From assembly GCF_000150275.1 (NCBI RefSeq), contig NW_002060944.1, positions 3,572,152 through 3,636,151 of the forward strand: a DNA stretch of 64,000 nt. The letters are read 5' to 3'. Position numbers and translations under genes: made by a program. The notes under the pieces were generated by a model. It saw only the letters and a program-made list of their open reading frames with translations, had not been told where the DNA came from and searched no databases. Source of the DNA: Trichoplax adhaerens (Eukaryota; Animalia; Placozoa). This document shows positions 11,202 to 24,600 of the stretch, piece after piece (position 1 is the first letter of the stretch; every line of letters starts with the position of its first letter).

Positions 11202-14200
11202 TTACTTAATTCTTGCAACCACGTCATTTTCTAACGCGAAATCATGCTGATACTAATAAACATGAGTGAATAAATAAGGTTAGATAGGTGACTTTATGAT
11301 ACGGCGATATAAATTTTAGTATTACCTTTTCATCTATTAGATAAGGGCTTTGGTAAATATTATCTGGAATCTACAATTTCAGGGGTAAAGTAATCAATTT
11401 TCAGCATTTCACTTCACAAAAGTTTAGAATATCGAATTACGAAAAGTAGCACCAATACTTGTAGATGCAATAATTTTAGTACAGCCCACTTACATCTCCA
11501 ATCTTTCGAATATCGAATGAAGGACTAACTAGCAAAGGGACTCCATCGAGGTCACCACTGGCGCTATGTTGTAGATCACCTGAGATTACATAAGGAATAT
11601 TCATTCAGATTGAAATGATTATTTGAATTTAGTACTAGCTGATCTAGTTTGTGTTTATTTGAATTAGATTAAAGAAAATTACTTCGTCCTTGTACATATT
11701 ATAACTTACGACTGTCAGTACGTTGAATAGGATTGTGGGATTGCGGCGGCTGCGTAGCGGATGACGCTATCGTAAGAGATTGTAAGGGTTGCCTATCGAT
11801 GCAAATATCAGCGTAAAGTAAAAAGCACGCGTGATTTATAGTTAGTATGAAATTCATAAATATTGTGCTATTATCTTGTATACCATTATATTACCATGAC
11901 GTTGTATTGAATGTAGTACATTTAAATAATCGAAATAGGATATCAGGATGAACATAGAAAAGTTGACTTACTCGATAACTAGTGGTTGATTTTGCATTGG
12001 CTGATGTTGCACTGGCTGATACTGTACTTGCTGATGTTGCACTTGCTGATGTTGCCCAGGTTGTTGTTGTGAAACTGGCTGAGGTGGTTGAGATTGTTGA
12101 AAACATCGGCTCATATTAACTTTGTCAAAGCATATATGGAATCCATTGATATCGCTTTGCGTTAGGAAATATTTGATGAGGGTCAGAGAGAAAGTTTAAG
12201 TGGGATGTTTGCATTATAAGAATGAGTATAGCTGTGGCATATTTATCGCATACGATAATAATACTAAATTGACGAAAAGCTTTGGTAAAAGCAAATAAAA
12301 TTTTAATTTTCTGTAGTCTAGCACACAAATTTGGATAACTAAATTGAAGTACTCCGTAGATGACTGTATCAAATAACTAGATATTAACAATTATTCGATA
12401 TTATATGGTATCAAGAGTTCAAAAGATAATTATAATTAATTATAGTCGAATCCTTGCTGTTCTATAATGATTATATTAATTGACTTACTTTTCAGTATAC
12501 TCGTGTTTTGGGGGAGCGTATTCTGATTTTGCTCTATTAACTAAAATAATACTACATAGGGCCGATTGAGCGTTACTTGAGGATATATATTTGACACAAA
12601 TTTTCTGTTTCCGTAATGCCGCAATACCTGCATGTGATCAAAATAGACATTTCACTTGCTCTAGCAGTTAGACAAGGTAAAGGATTCTGCTTTGATTAGC
12701 AGATCTATGGTTTCATAAAGAGATGCCGATAGAACCACTATTATTGATCAATTAATCCTGATTGAAATGTGAGACTAACTAACCGTCGTTGAGAGTTGTA
12801 TCCCTATAGGTATAACCACGTGGAGTAGCCTTCGTCTCTTTCAGTATAACAATGTCTTCTACCACTACTTTATCGCTTTTCTAGATATACGTGTAAACAG
12901 AAACAGATAAGTTATTGCGAAGATGAATTAGTTGGATATCTAATTTATAAGAGAGCTGAAAGATCGTATGGTGTTCTGATCGTGATTAATCTCGCGTTGT
13001 TATACGTGCTCTAAGGTATTTTAAAGTAAAGTAGACGGTTATAATATTAGCTATCGTTTATATTTAAATCTAAATTTTGAAGTATAAACGATGGTTCATA
13101 TTATTGATTAGTATTCAATTTCATGTATGCGATATAGATAAAAGATACAAAAGCGAGATACTTATTACAACAAAGAGGTTTGTACAGTAGACTTGAATCT
13201 AGTGGAGACCGGTATCGGCGTTTAACAGTAGTTGGAAGCAGTTCCTGTCGATATCATAGTGGACGCAACAATGGTATACAAGCTAAGACTGACCAAGTCA
13301 AGGATTTATGGCATTATGCCCGTTCCTACAACGGGATTGACTGATCTACCCTATATTTGGTATCAAATTAGCGTACTCAATAGGCCGACCTTATTGTTTT
13401 AATATTCGGCAGTGCAATATTCAAATTGAAGACAGCGATGATTCAATTTTACACTATTACATCAACATATCCTAAGTAACAGTATTGGCTGAATGTATTT
13501 TAATTTTCGTTTTATTATTTTGGATCCCTTTCTACCGTTTTATTATTCATTTTAGTAAATATTGTGGTGTCAATGTGATGACGATCCGTTCTACTGGTGA
13601 TAAACATGAGTAGACGATAAGTTATTACCTGTAGCGGCTTGACGCAGAGATATCGTTTCGCTTTATCAGATCGCTTTCCAGGCCATAGCTGAGCATCGAT
13701 GCCAGACACAGAGCGAGAAACCTAAAATAGAGATAGTAGAATTGATATTTTAAACGATCGAGGCGAAATTCATCTGGTCTTTGGACATACAGTCCGACGT
13801 GAAGTCGGAGCGTACGTACAGTACACTGTAGTAAAAGTATGCAAGCAAAGAAATGGGCAATGAGTATGCCATCTTCTCATCGTTACTATGAGCAATTCAG
13901 TATGAATATCACAAAATGGGCGCAAATGGAGAGAAGCTCACACATTCCGTGCTCATTGGCTGTAGTTCATTCCTACTTAGTCGTAGGATAATTACAAGAA
14001 CTACTGCAAAATAGAAGAGCAGTCCTTGATAGTCCATTGAGCGTTATGATCTTCGTCGAAGCTATGACGTAATCGGTGGCATGGTAAGAGTCACATAACG
14101 TTGGCCGAAATGACAGACCCATATGGAATGATCAGCGTTATACTACCACTGATTAAAATCAAAATAGATAATGTGGATGACAAAATGAAAGAGAAACATA

Positions 14201-14651
14201 TCAACGAGAAAGATTAAGGCCAATCTATCTATTGAGATATCAATGATTGAAGACGATCAATACACTCATAGGCTATTGAAAGTGATTATTCTCTATGTGC
14301 GGTAGTCGTTCTGGTGCGCCACTTTGGCAGGCAGTCATGTATTGCGTATGGTGTGTATTGATTGGTAAAATGGATTCAATCATACCATGTCTCGATCATT
14401 ATGGTGACGATTCTTTTAGTCCTTCAAATCCATATGATTATATACAGTTATAGCATAATGAATGAATGACTGGACAAGCTATGGATTACTGTCTATTTTA
14501 TGTTGATGGTAAGAGTATCGCGAGACTGGATAGTTTGTTAGTATTGGAATACAAGTTATTTACTTACTAAAATATATCCTTGGGGAACTTCATCCGGTCT
14601 TGAAGTAATTCCAATATCAGAAATGGCAGTATAATAATCGTTACTGGACAT
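11202..14651 (-). CDS. MVB12: Multivesicular body subunit 12 (ESCRT-I; MABP + UMA domains), 9 exons, ~286 aa
   Basis: In-phase exons 14568-14651, 13629-13721, 12784-12880, 12489-12627, 11972-12154, 11710-11792, 11494-11579, 11326-11370, 11202-11252. MABP-like repeats (ISDIGITSRPDEVPQGYILVSRSVSGIDAQLW..RYLCV, VVEDIVIL..PRGY, ALRKQKICVKY..ALCSIIL), a Q/P-rich linker, and a UMA-like C-terminus (DLDGVPL...IDEKYQHDFALE). Confidence 0.85.
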
Positions 14652-14829
14652 CCTTAATGGATAAATTACAGTAAGGGCTATCAATGGCAAAAGATGATGA
14701 CCATCGATTGAATGTTGGAATCGTTGAAGAGAAACGATTTAGTCCAGCATCGGAGACTAAGGAGGATTAGCAGTAACGTTGTGTAGCATCAAATCGTATC
14801 TAGTCAATAACAGTCGAACAGCAATAACG

Positions 14830-16000
14830 ACTCATGTACAGTGTACAGTACAGTACAGTACGTACTGTAGACGTGTTCGCTGTTCAGTCATAAGAAAGAG
14901 TACAGTATGTACTGTACAGTACAGTACTTCCGGTAGGCATCAAGTGTCTGTGTACTGTACGGTACAGTATTTAAGGTACTGTACACTGTACTTTGCTACT
15001 GTCTAGACCTGCCAACGATTCGGTTCATTTTCGGTTCTATCAAGAAATCAATATACAGTACAGTACAGTACAGTATAAGGTTGAAGTCCCTCCCAAACGA
15101 TGGAATTTTCCCCTCATCTGTCATTACCAAATGATCATAGCGTCTCTAGTGCAGTACCTAGCATACGGTAGAATCCCCTACAGTAGTCCATAGTATTCTA
15201 TAGTACGCTACGCTATATTGATGCTAATTGAGAGTAGTACGAACTTTCAATACAGTAGTTAGTATTGACTCTAGATAGTAATACACGATACATCGTACAC
15301 TACTGTAGACTGATGAGAAAATGAATCACTTTTGATCATTTGGATAGTTGGATATCAGCATCATTTGAATCGGCTTTTGGTGCAAGTAACGGTTAACAAC
15401 ATACTGTACAGTACTGTATGTACTGTAGCTATCGTGTTCAGTAGAGACCCTCTACAGTACAGTATGAGAGTCTCTAGTGTACTGTACTATACTGTAGATG
15501 AGTACTGTACTGTACAGTTTACGCTACAGTACAGTACATTATACTGTAGTACCGATCAGAAGAAAGTACTGTACAGTACAGTACAGTAGTGCTCACTAGA
15601 GACCCTCTACAGTACTGTACTGTATGAGAGCCTCTAGTATGCTGTACTGTACAGTACAGATGAGTACAGTCTCCACTACAGTACATTGTACTGTAAAGTA
15701 CTATAGTACCGCCCCCCCAAGAAAGTACTGTACTGTACAGTTCCTTAAGTACAGTACTGTAGCCAGTCGCCATGCTACGGTACAGAAGCCAGAAGGACGC
15801 TGCCCAAGAATGGTTCTTTGGATTGGTTTTACCTATCGATTGCCAATGATTGAGGCGCAAGTAATGGTTAACAACGTACAGTACACTGTACTGTACTGTA
15901 CAGTGTACTGTACAGTACAAGTGCCGCCCGCAAGAAAGTACAGTACTGTACTGTACACTGTACAGCTCCGTAAGTACTGTAGCCAGTCGCCATGCTACGG
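14830..16000. repeat. (GTACW)n / TACAG-CTGTA pentamer-rich island in the MVB12-CENPA divergent promoter
   Basis: Runs such as TACAGTACAGTACAGTAC (~14845, ~15053, ~15571) and CTGTACTGTACTGTACAGTGTACTGTACAGTAC (~15886). Includes a ~215-bp-period duplication (15705-15850 vs 15920-16065). Confidence 0.9.
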
Positions 16001-16074
16001 TACAGAAGCCAGAAGGACGCTGCCCAAGAATTGGACTGGTTTTACCTCTCGATTACCAATGATTGTGCTGCAGA

Positions 16075-16240
16075 GAAGACGCGCGGGATGCTGAAAGGAG
16101 AAGGAAAATTGCCTGCAAAAGCTTGCCTATTCATTGGGTTTCCACTCAATCATTGAGTGGAAGAAAGTGAAAACATTGACAAGGGGATCGATCATCCATA
16201 GCCAATTCGTAGAACAACGCCATTGGCTCCATTGGACGAT
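16075..16240 (+). promoter_or_regulatory. Putative CENPA proximal promoter: CCAAT-box cluster, E2F-like GCGCGGGA, 23-bp palindrome
   Basis: ATTGG/CCAAT at ~16133, ~16202, ~16222 and ~16232; GCGCGGGA at 16081-16088; TTCCACTCAAT-C-ATTGAGTGGAA at 16140-16162. Confidence 0.45.
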
Positions 16241-16445
16241 CCGATAGTCGTTTCATTCTTTACTGTACTTGTCAAGGTGATTTTCCAACTTGACTGTAGG
16301 TGGACTGCAAGTTGGCCCCCTCTTCCTCCTCGATCAGTCCCTGTCAGTGGCCACTTGACAAAGTCACTACTCTTGCAGCAAACTCATCTATTGGTAGCGA
16401 CCATTTCAACACGAGCTGCTACTGCTGTACTTGCAATAGTACTCA

Positions 16446-17999
<1,554 letters not shown>

Positions 18000-19136
18000 T
18001 CGCGTAGGATCCAAGGTTGAATCCTTGGTATCTTCAATTCTGTAATATAGTATTTCTTTTAAAGTTGATCTACTAATGATCGCTTGACACTAAAATATAA
18101 GGCACATCGCTCATGATTTATCTCATGCAGCATAGTCATATTTTTAAAATGTTTCACGTTACAAAGTTATTGATATCTTGTAACGCTTTTGTAATGTTAG
18201 TAGAACGTTATTGCTATCAAGCATATAAATGTTAGAAATCTAAAATAAAATTGAATAATAAATTATAGTACTTTACCGTAATGTAAATTATCGTCACAGT
18301 TTTATTGGATAGAATGTTCCCTTTCTGAAATGCAGATCACTAACAGTGTATGTGTACTAGTGTACCGTCTTTTTTTAGACATTCTTAACTTGGATATGAT
18401 TATTTATAGCCCTGCATTGGTTCTAGTTTTATTTTCTTGTTGTAAAATGTATTATTTCGATATTCTACAAATTTTTTGATTGAGTGATAATAATTAATTA
18501 GACTGTATATCAAGCTCTTCCTACAAAAACTATGCTATTTTGCAATGTATCATGCTGAAAACAAATGAGCAATGCAATCTTGGACCACCGATGAAGGGAA
18601 TAAAGAAAGCGAATAAATTTTCGTTGTTACCTACAACCATATTCATAGTTTATGGAATTACGACTAGCTGAAAATAAAATTGAAGTTTATTAAATTCTTA
18701 GACCTGCATTACTTACAGTAGTCAATTATTTTATTTTATATTATAATTGAGTTTGTTTGTACAATAATTCTCTTTTCTGATGACAAACTACAGTAGTTAT
18801 TATACATCAGGATAATATTCTAACAAATAGTGATATAGTATTTCTTCTTGTTTTTCTTGTGCAATGTACATAAATTGATTAACAGTAAGTGACAGCTTGA
18901 CGAGATACGTTTGCGATTCTCGCCAAAAGCACTTTATTTTTTTGTACTGTCAATATCAAACAAAACGCATGATAACCAGCGCCACGGACTTCTAGAATCT
19001 TCAAATTCTAAAAGTCCATGTTAGGGGCGATAAACGACAATATAGAAAAAAATTGGTTGCAAACTTCCTTAACGAATCTTATCCTAAGTTTGGGTATACA
19101 TCATAAGAGAGTGTATGGATTACAGAAATAGATTAA

Positions 19137-19369
19137 ATTAGCCTATTTTACGGACAAGAACTGTTTTCTCTGTCTCCTTGTCGTCTCCAAACATATTTTG
19201 TTGCATAGAATGTTAGTCTTCTAGTTTTATTCATATTATCAAGTTTATTTTATTAGCCTATTTTACGGACAATAACTGTTATTCTCTGTCTCCTTGTCAT
19301 CTCCAAACATATTTTGATGCATAGAATGTTAGTCTTCTAGTTTTATTTATATTATCAAGTTTATTTTAT
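19137..19369. repeat. ~116-bp tandem duplication (2 copies, near-identical)
   Basis: ATTAGCCTATTTTACGGACAA...ATATTATCAAGTTTATTTTAT occurs twice in tandem. Confidence 0.9.
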
Positions 19370-20461
19370 GAGATAGTACAACTGTTAGCTATAGTTTAAG
19401 ACTGGCGATTATCTGCACCCCTTTTTATACAAACAACTCTACACGAACGGCCATAAAAGTAATTAGAATCAGTAACGTATAGATGCGATGCTTAATAGTC
19501 TTAGAAAGTGTATTCCCAATGTTGCTGCACGCCATGCACTAACTTTTGACTACTATGAGTAATTTATACATAGCAAACTCTATTCTCTATGCCAATTCTA
19601 ACGTAAGTGAACTGATTACTACGTAAGTAAGTCGCAGATTTATAACGCACCTTCGACATTGTCCGCACAGGCACATTTTCTTTCTTTAATCTCTAAATTA
19701 TTACTTCGGAGTATTTCTAATCTATACTAAAGTTTAATATTCACAATATAATGCAAGTCCATCTCGATCGCTCTTTTCAGGCGAGATAATTTAAATGGGA
19801 TTATTCTTTATTACTTCAAGATGGAGATAAAAATTAAATCGGAGCTACAATAATTTGTGTGTATCTTTCAAGCTAGCATTAAATACATTATCAGCTACAA
19901 ATCACTTATTTCAAATATTTAAAATAGACTCATTAGAGTTTGAACTCGACCTTAGATTTTTTTCTAGCCTGGATTGTACGGTAGCATGAAGGATCTTAAA
20001 GATCCCAAAATAATACATCCGTATTCACCAATCTCCAATCTAATCAGAGACTTATAAGACCAATATATATGATAGCATGTAAATTAGCATAAAATAAAAG
20101 CAGGATAAATTAAATTAATAATGGATATACATTAAATATTTCAGATAGGTTTGCAAATTTTGACGATGAATGATAGAATGAAAATTAAATTGCGAAATAG
20201 ACGTAAAAATAGCTAGTTATTTACTATACATTAAATACGTTCTTCTAATGTACAATACTGAGTAGATTATATGTTCTATTCCCAAAATTGGTTCACGATA
20301 GTCCTGCAAAAAAATGGTGCAGTCATAAGTTATAGTGAAAGTGAATAAACTTCTGCCATAGCTGCCATATGATCTTATGATTATTCTTGCTTGCAGAAGC
20401 CCACTCGTTTTATATTGTTCATGGGTCAGGACCATTTTCAATACCGGTATTTGTTTTTTGA

Positions 20462-21424
20462 TTAAAAAATCTTTTTCGATGCTCTCGGTCCTTTGACAAC
20501 TCTAAGCCATGAACTTAATTGCGAAGAAATTAATTTCTCAGTTTTAAGTTGATCTAGTAAAGATTTTTGAAGGTCTTTATCATTAAATTGATTTGATAAG
20601 TTTTTCCTATCCGTTGCAATTGGACTATTGACAGTGCCTTTGTTGTGTGGTTTTGAAAATAGTGCTAAATCATCAAGGGGATTCTCTTGGTAATGATCAT
20701 GGATAGCTAGTCTTTTCTCAATTAATTCTCTGACTTCACCAATTTCAACTTTTAAGTTGTCCTTTTTGCGACGCCCTTTAGTATTATATTTCTTATTTTG
20801 ATCATGATCCTGCTGTTGCAAGTGACGCGGAACATCATCCACCTGTTCTTGCAGGTCGCATTCTTCTAATAAAATTTTATAAATTGTACGCCGTTGATCT
20901 CTTTTCTTTTGCAGTAACATCATATCAAACGTATTTTTGGGAGTAGCATTAAACCATTCACCTTCATCATTTCTGTCCATTTCGTTATACTTAACACGTT
21001 GGCAGGGCTCTTCCGATGTTTGCTTTGCCAAATGTCCATTTCTTTGATATTCATTGATGACAGGTAAGCTCTTTTTGCGTAATGAATTTGAAGATTCAGA
21101 AGTTGAACGGCTGTCGTTTAGCATATCAAGGCCTAATTTTGCTTTTGCAATGGAATGATTCCTGTTGTTACGCCTTCGCCTTGCTTTAGAAGCTCGGCGA
21201 TAATCTCGAGGATCTAACACCGTTTTAATTCTACTGATTTCCTTCTCTAACTGATTTTGTTCCTTCTTGACACTGTTCATGTAGCGTAAATGTTTATTTC
21301 TTAAATTGCGTAGAGTGATTGGCTCTCTGCCACTTGCTGCATATCGCGTTGGTGATGAAGCCTTCATAGGTTGCTTATGATGGATCACTGGCAAGCTAGA
21401 TACTGCTGCTGTTAAATCGGCCAT
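20462..21424 (-). CDS. Uncharacterised 320-aa basic, coiled-coil-containing protein; single coding exon
   Basis: A 963-nt ORF in very AT-rich DNA where chance ORFs are short; hydrophilic, K/R/Q/E-rich composition; plausible 5'UTR intron at 21494-21604; no family recognised. Confidence 0.75.
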   Translation of the reverse strand: MADLTAAVSSLPVIHHKQPMKASSPTRYAASGREPITLRNLRNKHLRYMNSVKKEQNQLEKEISRIKTVLDPRDYRRASKARRRRNNRNHSIAKAKLGLDMLNDSRSTSESSNSLRKKSLPVINEYQRNGHLAKQTSEEPCQRVKYNEMDRNDEGEWFNATPKNTFDMMLLQKKRDQRRTIYKILLEECDLQEQVDDVPRHLQQQDHDQNKKYNTKGRRKKDNLKVEIGEVRELIEKRLAIHDHYQENPLDDLALFSKPHNKGTVNSPIATDRKNLSNQFNDKDLQKSLLDQLKTEKLISSQLSSWLRVVKGPRASKKIF

Positions 21425-21674
21425 ATTTTACGTAATTATAATAATTACGCGTATAATAATCTTTAATCAGTCAAAGACGACCAACGAAATAACCTACGCA
21501 GAGATAAATTTTTTGGTCAATTGTATCCTGTTTGTAATTGAATCAATTAGCAAATTATAGAAAATAATAAATAATTAAGGAGGATCCATTTTCGTATAAG
21601 TTACCGCACCTATATAAAATCTTTAAATTTCAATTACCGGATATTTTATGCACACAAATTAAAAACTTATTCAA

Positions 21675-21688
21675 GTTGCCCAGGTAAC
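21675..21688. promoter_or_regulatory. RFX X-box upstream of the 320-aa orphan gene
   Basis: GTTGCC-CA-GGTAAC fits the consensus GTNRCC(N0-3)RGYAAC exactly; ~250 bp upstream of ATG 21424 and ~70 bp upstream of the inferred 5'UTR donor. Confidence 0.6.
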
Positions 21689-24600
21689 AGAGGAAAATGG
21701 ATCGTTATTGAAAAATGTTGATAGATTTCGCTGTTTTGGTTACTTTAATTACGTTATAGACCATGTTTTGGGAAGATCTCTATTGATCTAATGCTAGAGC
21801 CAAATATCCTATCTATACTCATTAACTCTAGTGAAAGGTAACATTTACTAGTTATGATTGTTATAATTTACAAATTTACAACTTACAGTAGTGAAATAGA
21901 TCACTTGTGGTCGGAGCAAGCTACCTTACTACCGGCAATTAACGTTTTCATTAATACAGTAAGCAGGAAACTACATTTACTCATTGTGTAGTACTATTTT
22001 AACTACTGTAGCTAACTATCATATGGTGATTGCAATCATTATTACTCTGGAGCTACAATTAATACGGTGTTTTTGTCACGATAAATGATGTATTTGTGGA
22101 TGTCTATATTTATCCTAATGTTATTTTTTCTATTACTTATTGGGAGGAGTCACAAAACATGTCATAGTTTTGAATTGCAAAGCTATCATCGATACCGGCA
22201 CATCGTTATACTCTAGATTCGCAAATAACATCCTGAAAAACTATTTCTAGGCGTCATGGATGATAGAGAAATATCATGGAGCCAGTACATTCAATGTCAA
22301 TAGATTTTATATTGTATATCTAGATTTGCATGATTCAATATTCTGATTTCAACTTGAGTTAGAGAGAATTTTAGGAATGGGGTTAGTATTTTTATTAATA
22401 TCCCAAATGATGTTAACTCTTTTTATTGTATATAACGTAAAGATGCCAAGAAGATAGCTATTCAATTTTTAGTATGTAGATCCCGCTACAGATACGTCCT
22501 ACATAAACTTTGGATATGAACCTTTTTACTATTTATTTGATGGAATATCGCCATTTTCGAATAATTATGTGTTAAAAAGTGATTACCCAGTTTGCAACTT
22601 ATTCGGTACCAAAACAATTTGTTTACTAAACCATCCTTGACGTAAGTTTATTATCTTTCAAACAGCCTTCCTCAGTATGAGACAAACTAATTTCAATAAT
22701 AAGATATCCCCCTGCTGATACAACTTTTTCGGTAAACTTTCGAGATGGATGATGAATCAATCAAAAACTCTGCTAAAATGGATCCAGGTGACGATTGTTA
22801 TTGTTTACTTTGATGTTGCAGATACAATGAATGTATAAAGGCATGGCTGCACAGCTTGAATAATTTCTTTGTAATTTGTAAGTATTCAGAGATGTTGAGA
22901 ATGATCAGCCTATTGAATTACTTTGTAGCAATTATTAACTATGCGTAAAACGCTAGATTACATAAGCGATATAATTAACAAGTTTGCTCCCTGATTTGAT
23001 TTACTGTTGCTATGAGACTGGAGTTTTTTATACACGCTAGTCATCTAAGTGGTTCGATAAATTATAACTAAATTACTTGGTCGTATTCTGGGCACTTTAT
23101 ACTACTATAAAGTCGGTCTATGTCAGTGCAGTAATTTGAAAGGTACATCAGGCTGCAAAAAATTGAATCTCACTTGAGCTTATTCAATTGACAAATAGGC
23201 CTGAAATGTACTCATCACCTTGAACTATTACTTAATACTCATTTATTACTTATTTTAGAGCTGGCAGCTTCGTTGATTGCGCCAAAACCATCGTTCTCAA
23301 TAAAATTTTTAGTTTTTAGGCTGGAAAAGAAATCTGTAATACTTTACTTTTATCATTAACACATCAAGGAGGACTGACAAAATAACTAATAGTTTAAAAT
23401 ATGGAAGAGAGGATATTTATTAACTTTCAAGTCTATATTTCCGCAAAGAAAGTATTATTCTAGACTACCTATTCAGAATATTGTTCAGATAAAATGTGAC
23501 TAATAATTTAAATCGAGAAAATAGGATGTTTCCCTAACTTTCAAGTTTATATTTCCGCAAAGTCGGTACGGTATTTTATTCTTGACTACCTGTTCAGAAT
23601 ATTATTCAATTTAAGGATATCTTTGTCGTACGCGTTATATTGGACTTCTAGTAATCTTAGCCTATCAAAAAATCATGCTAATCTCTGGATCTAACTTGAA
23701 ACCAAAAAAAGATGTACGGTATTATAGCTACTCAATTCTACATAATCATGATAATTCTACTCAATTCTACATATTCATGATAATTCCACATATTGTGTTC
23801 ATATTTGAAGGACATTTTAACAGCAAATACTAAACATCATTATTGTTAAGTGGAATCTAAAGAATATTAAGTCCTGATGATCTTTTGCCCCTCTATTTTT
23901 GTGTAAAAAAATATAGTGATATCAATAAGTATCGTTAATGGGTTAAACTAAGAACTTAGAACAACTTTAATGTTGTGTCTTTTAAATCACCAACGTAGTA
24001 ATACTCGAGAAAGTAAAATCTTGGTCTTAGCAGTGCCGAAAAGACTTGAGTTTTCAACGCCTTAATTTAGTAGGTGTATGTTGTGCTTTCGTTCATTTAA
24101 GTTTGATGATATGATATACGAATATATATACTTGTATCTATTAAGTGAGATAGGTAGGATTCTCTTCATAGGTTTACATATTAATTATTAAGTGAAACTG
24201 CAACGGATGGGATATGGTAATGTTTAACTTTGACTCGCAAAAGTTTAAACTAATTTAGAAGGTTTCAAATTTTGTACTGAATCTCAGTATTAACTCCCGG
24301 ATAATCTATCTTATTAGATATGTTAGGGCTATGTAAATTCGTGTTTTATAGCTTTGTATCGGCCAAAGAATAGTTAAATTTCGTTTGTGAATTGTTATGC
24401 CTAACGAATCTAAAGGGTTATAGTGTCATAATGAAATATTTGGATATGTACTTTTGATTTAAATTATTGCGCAGCTCAAATATTACAGCGACGCGTTTAG
24501 TTGAACATTCATGCTTATACGTTTGCTGACTTGAAATAAATCTATTTAGAGAATTTTATTAAACTAAGAAATTGATCTAACCTGCTCTTTAAATAATTCT

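Noticed and set aside
13180-13352. Possible extra MVB12 exons in intron 2
   Set aside because: Flanking exons already join in frame into a continuous MABP domain; the candidates have weak donors or stops.
14830-16000. Pentamer island as centromeric satellite or CENP-A autoregulatory site
   Set aside because: An equivalent island sits at the unrelated MKKS/PMPCA promoter, and both are short and interrupted.
14779-16094. Overlapping 66-156 aa ORFs on both strands
   Set aside because: Same pentamer-repeat artefact.
19768-19784. TCGCTCTTTTCAGGCGA resembling the histone 3' stem-loop
   Set aside because: Lacks a stem base, lies 1.8 kb past the CENPA stop, and that gene has introns and an AATAAA at ~18244.
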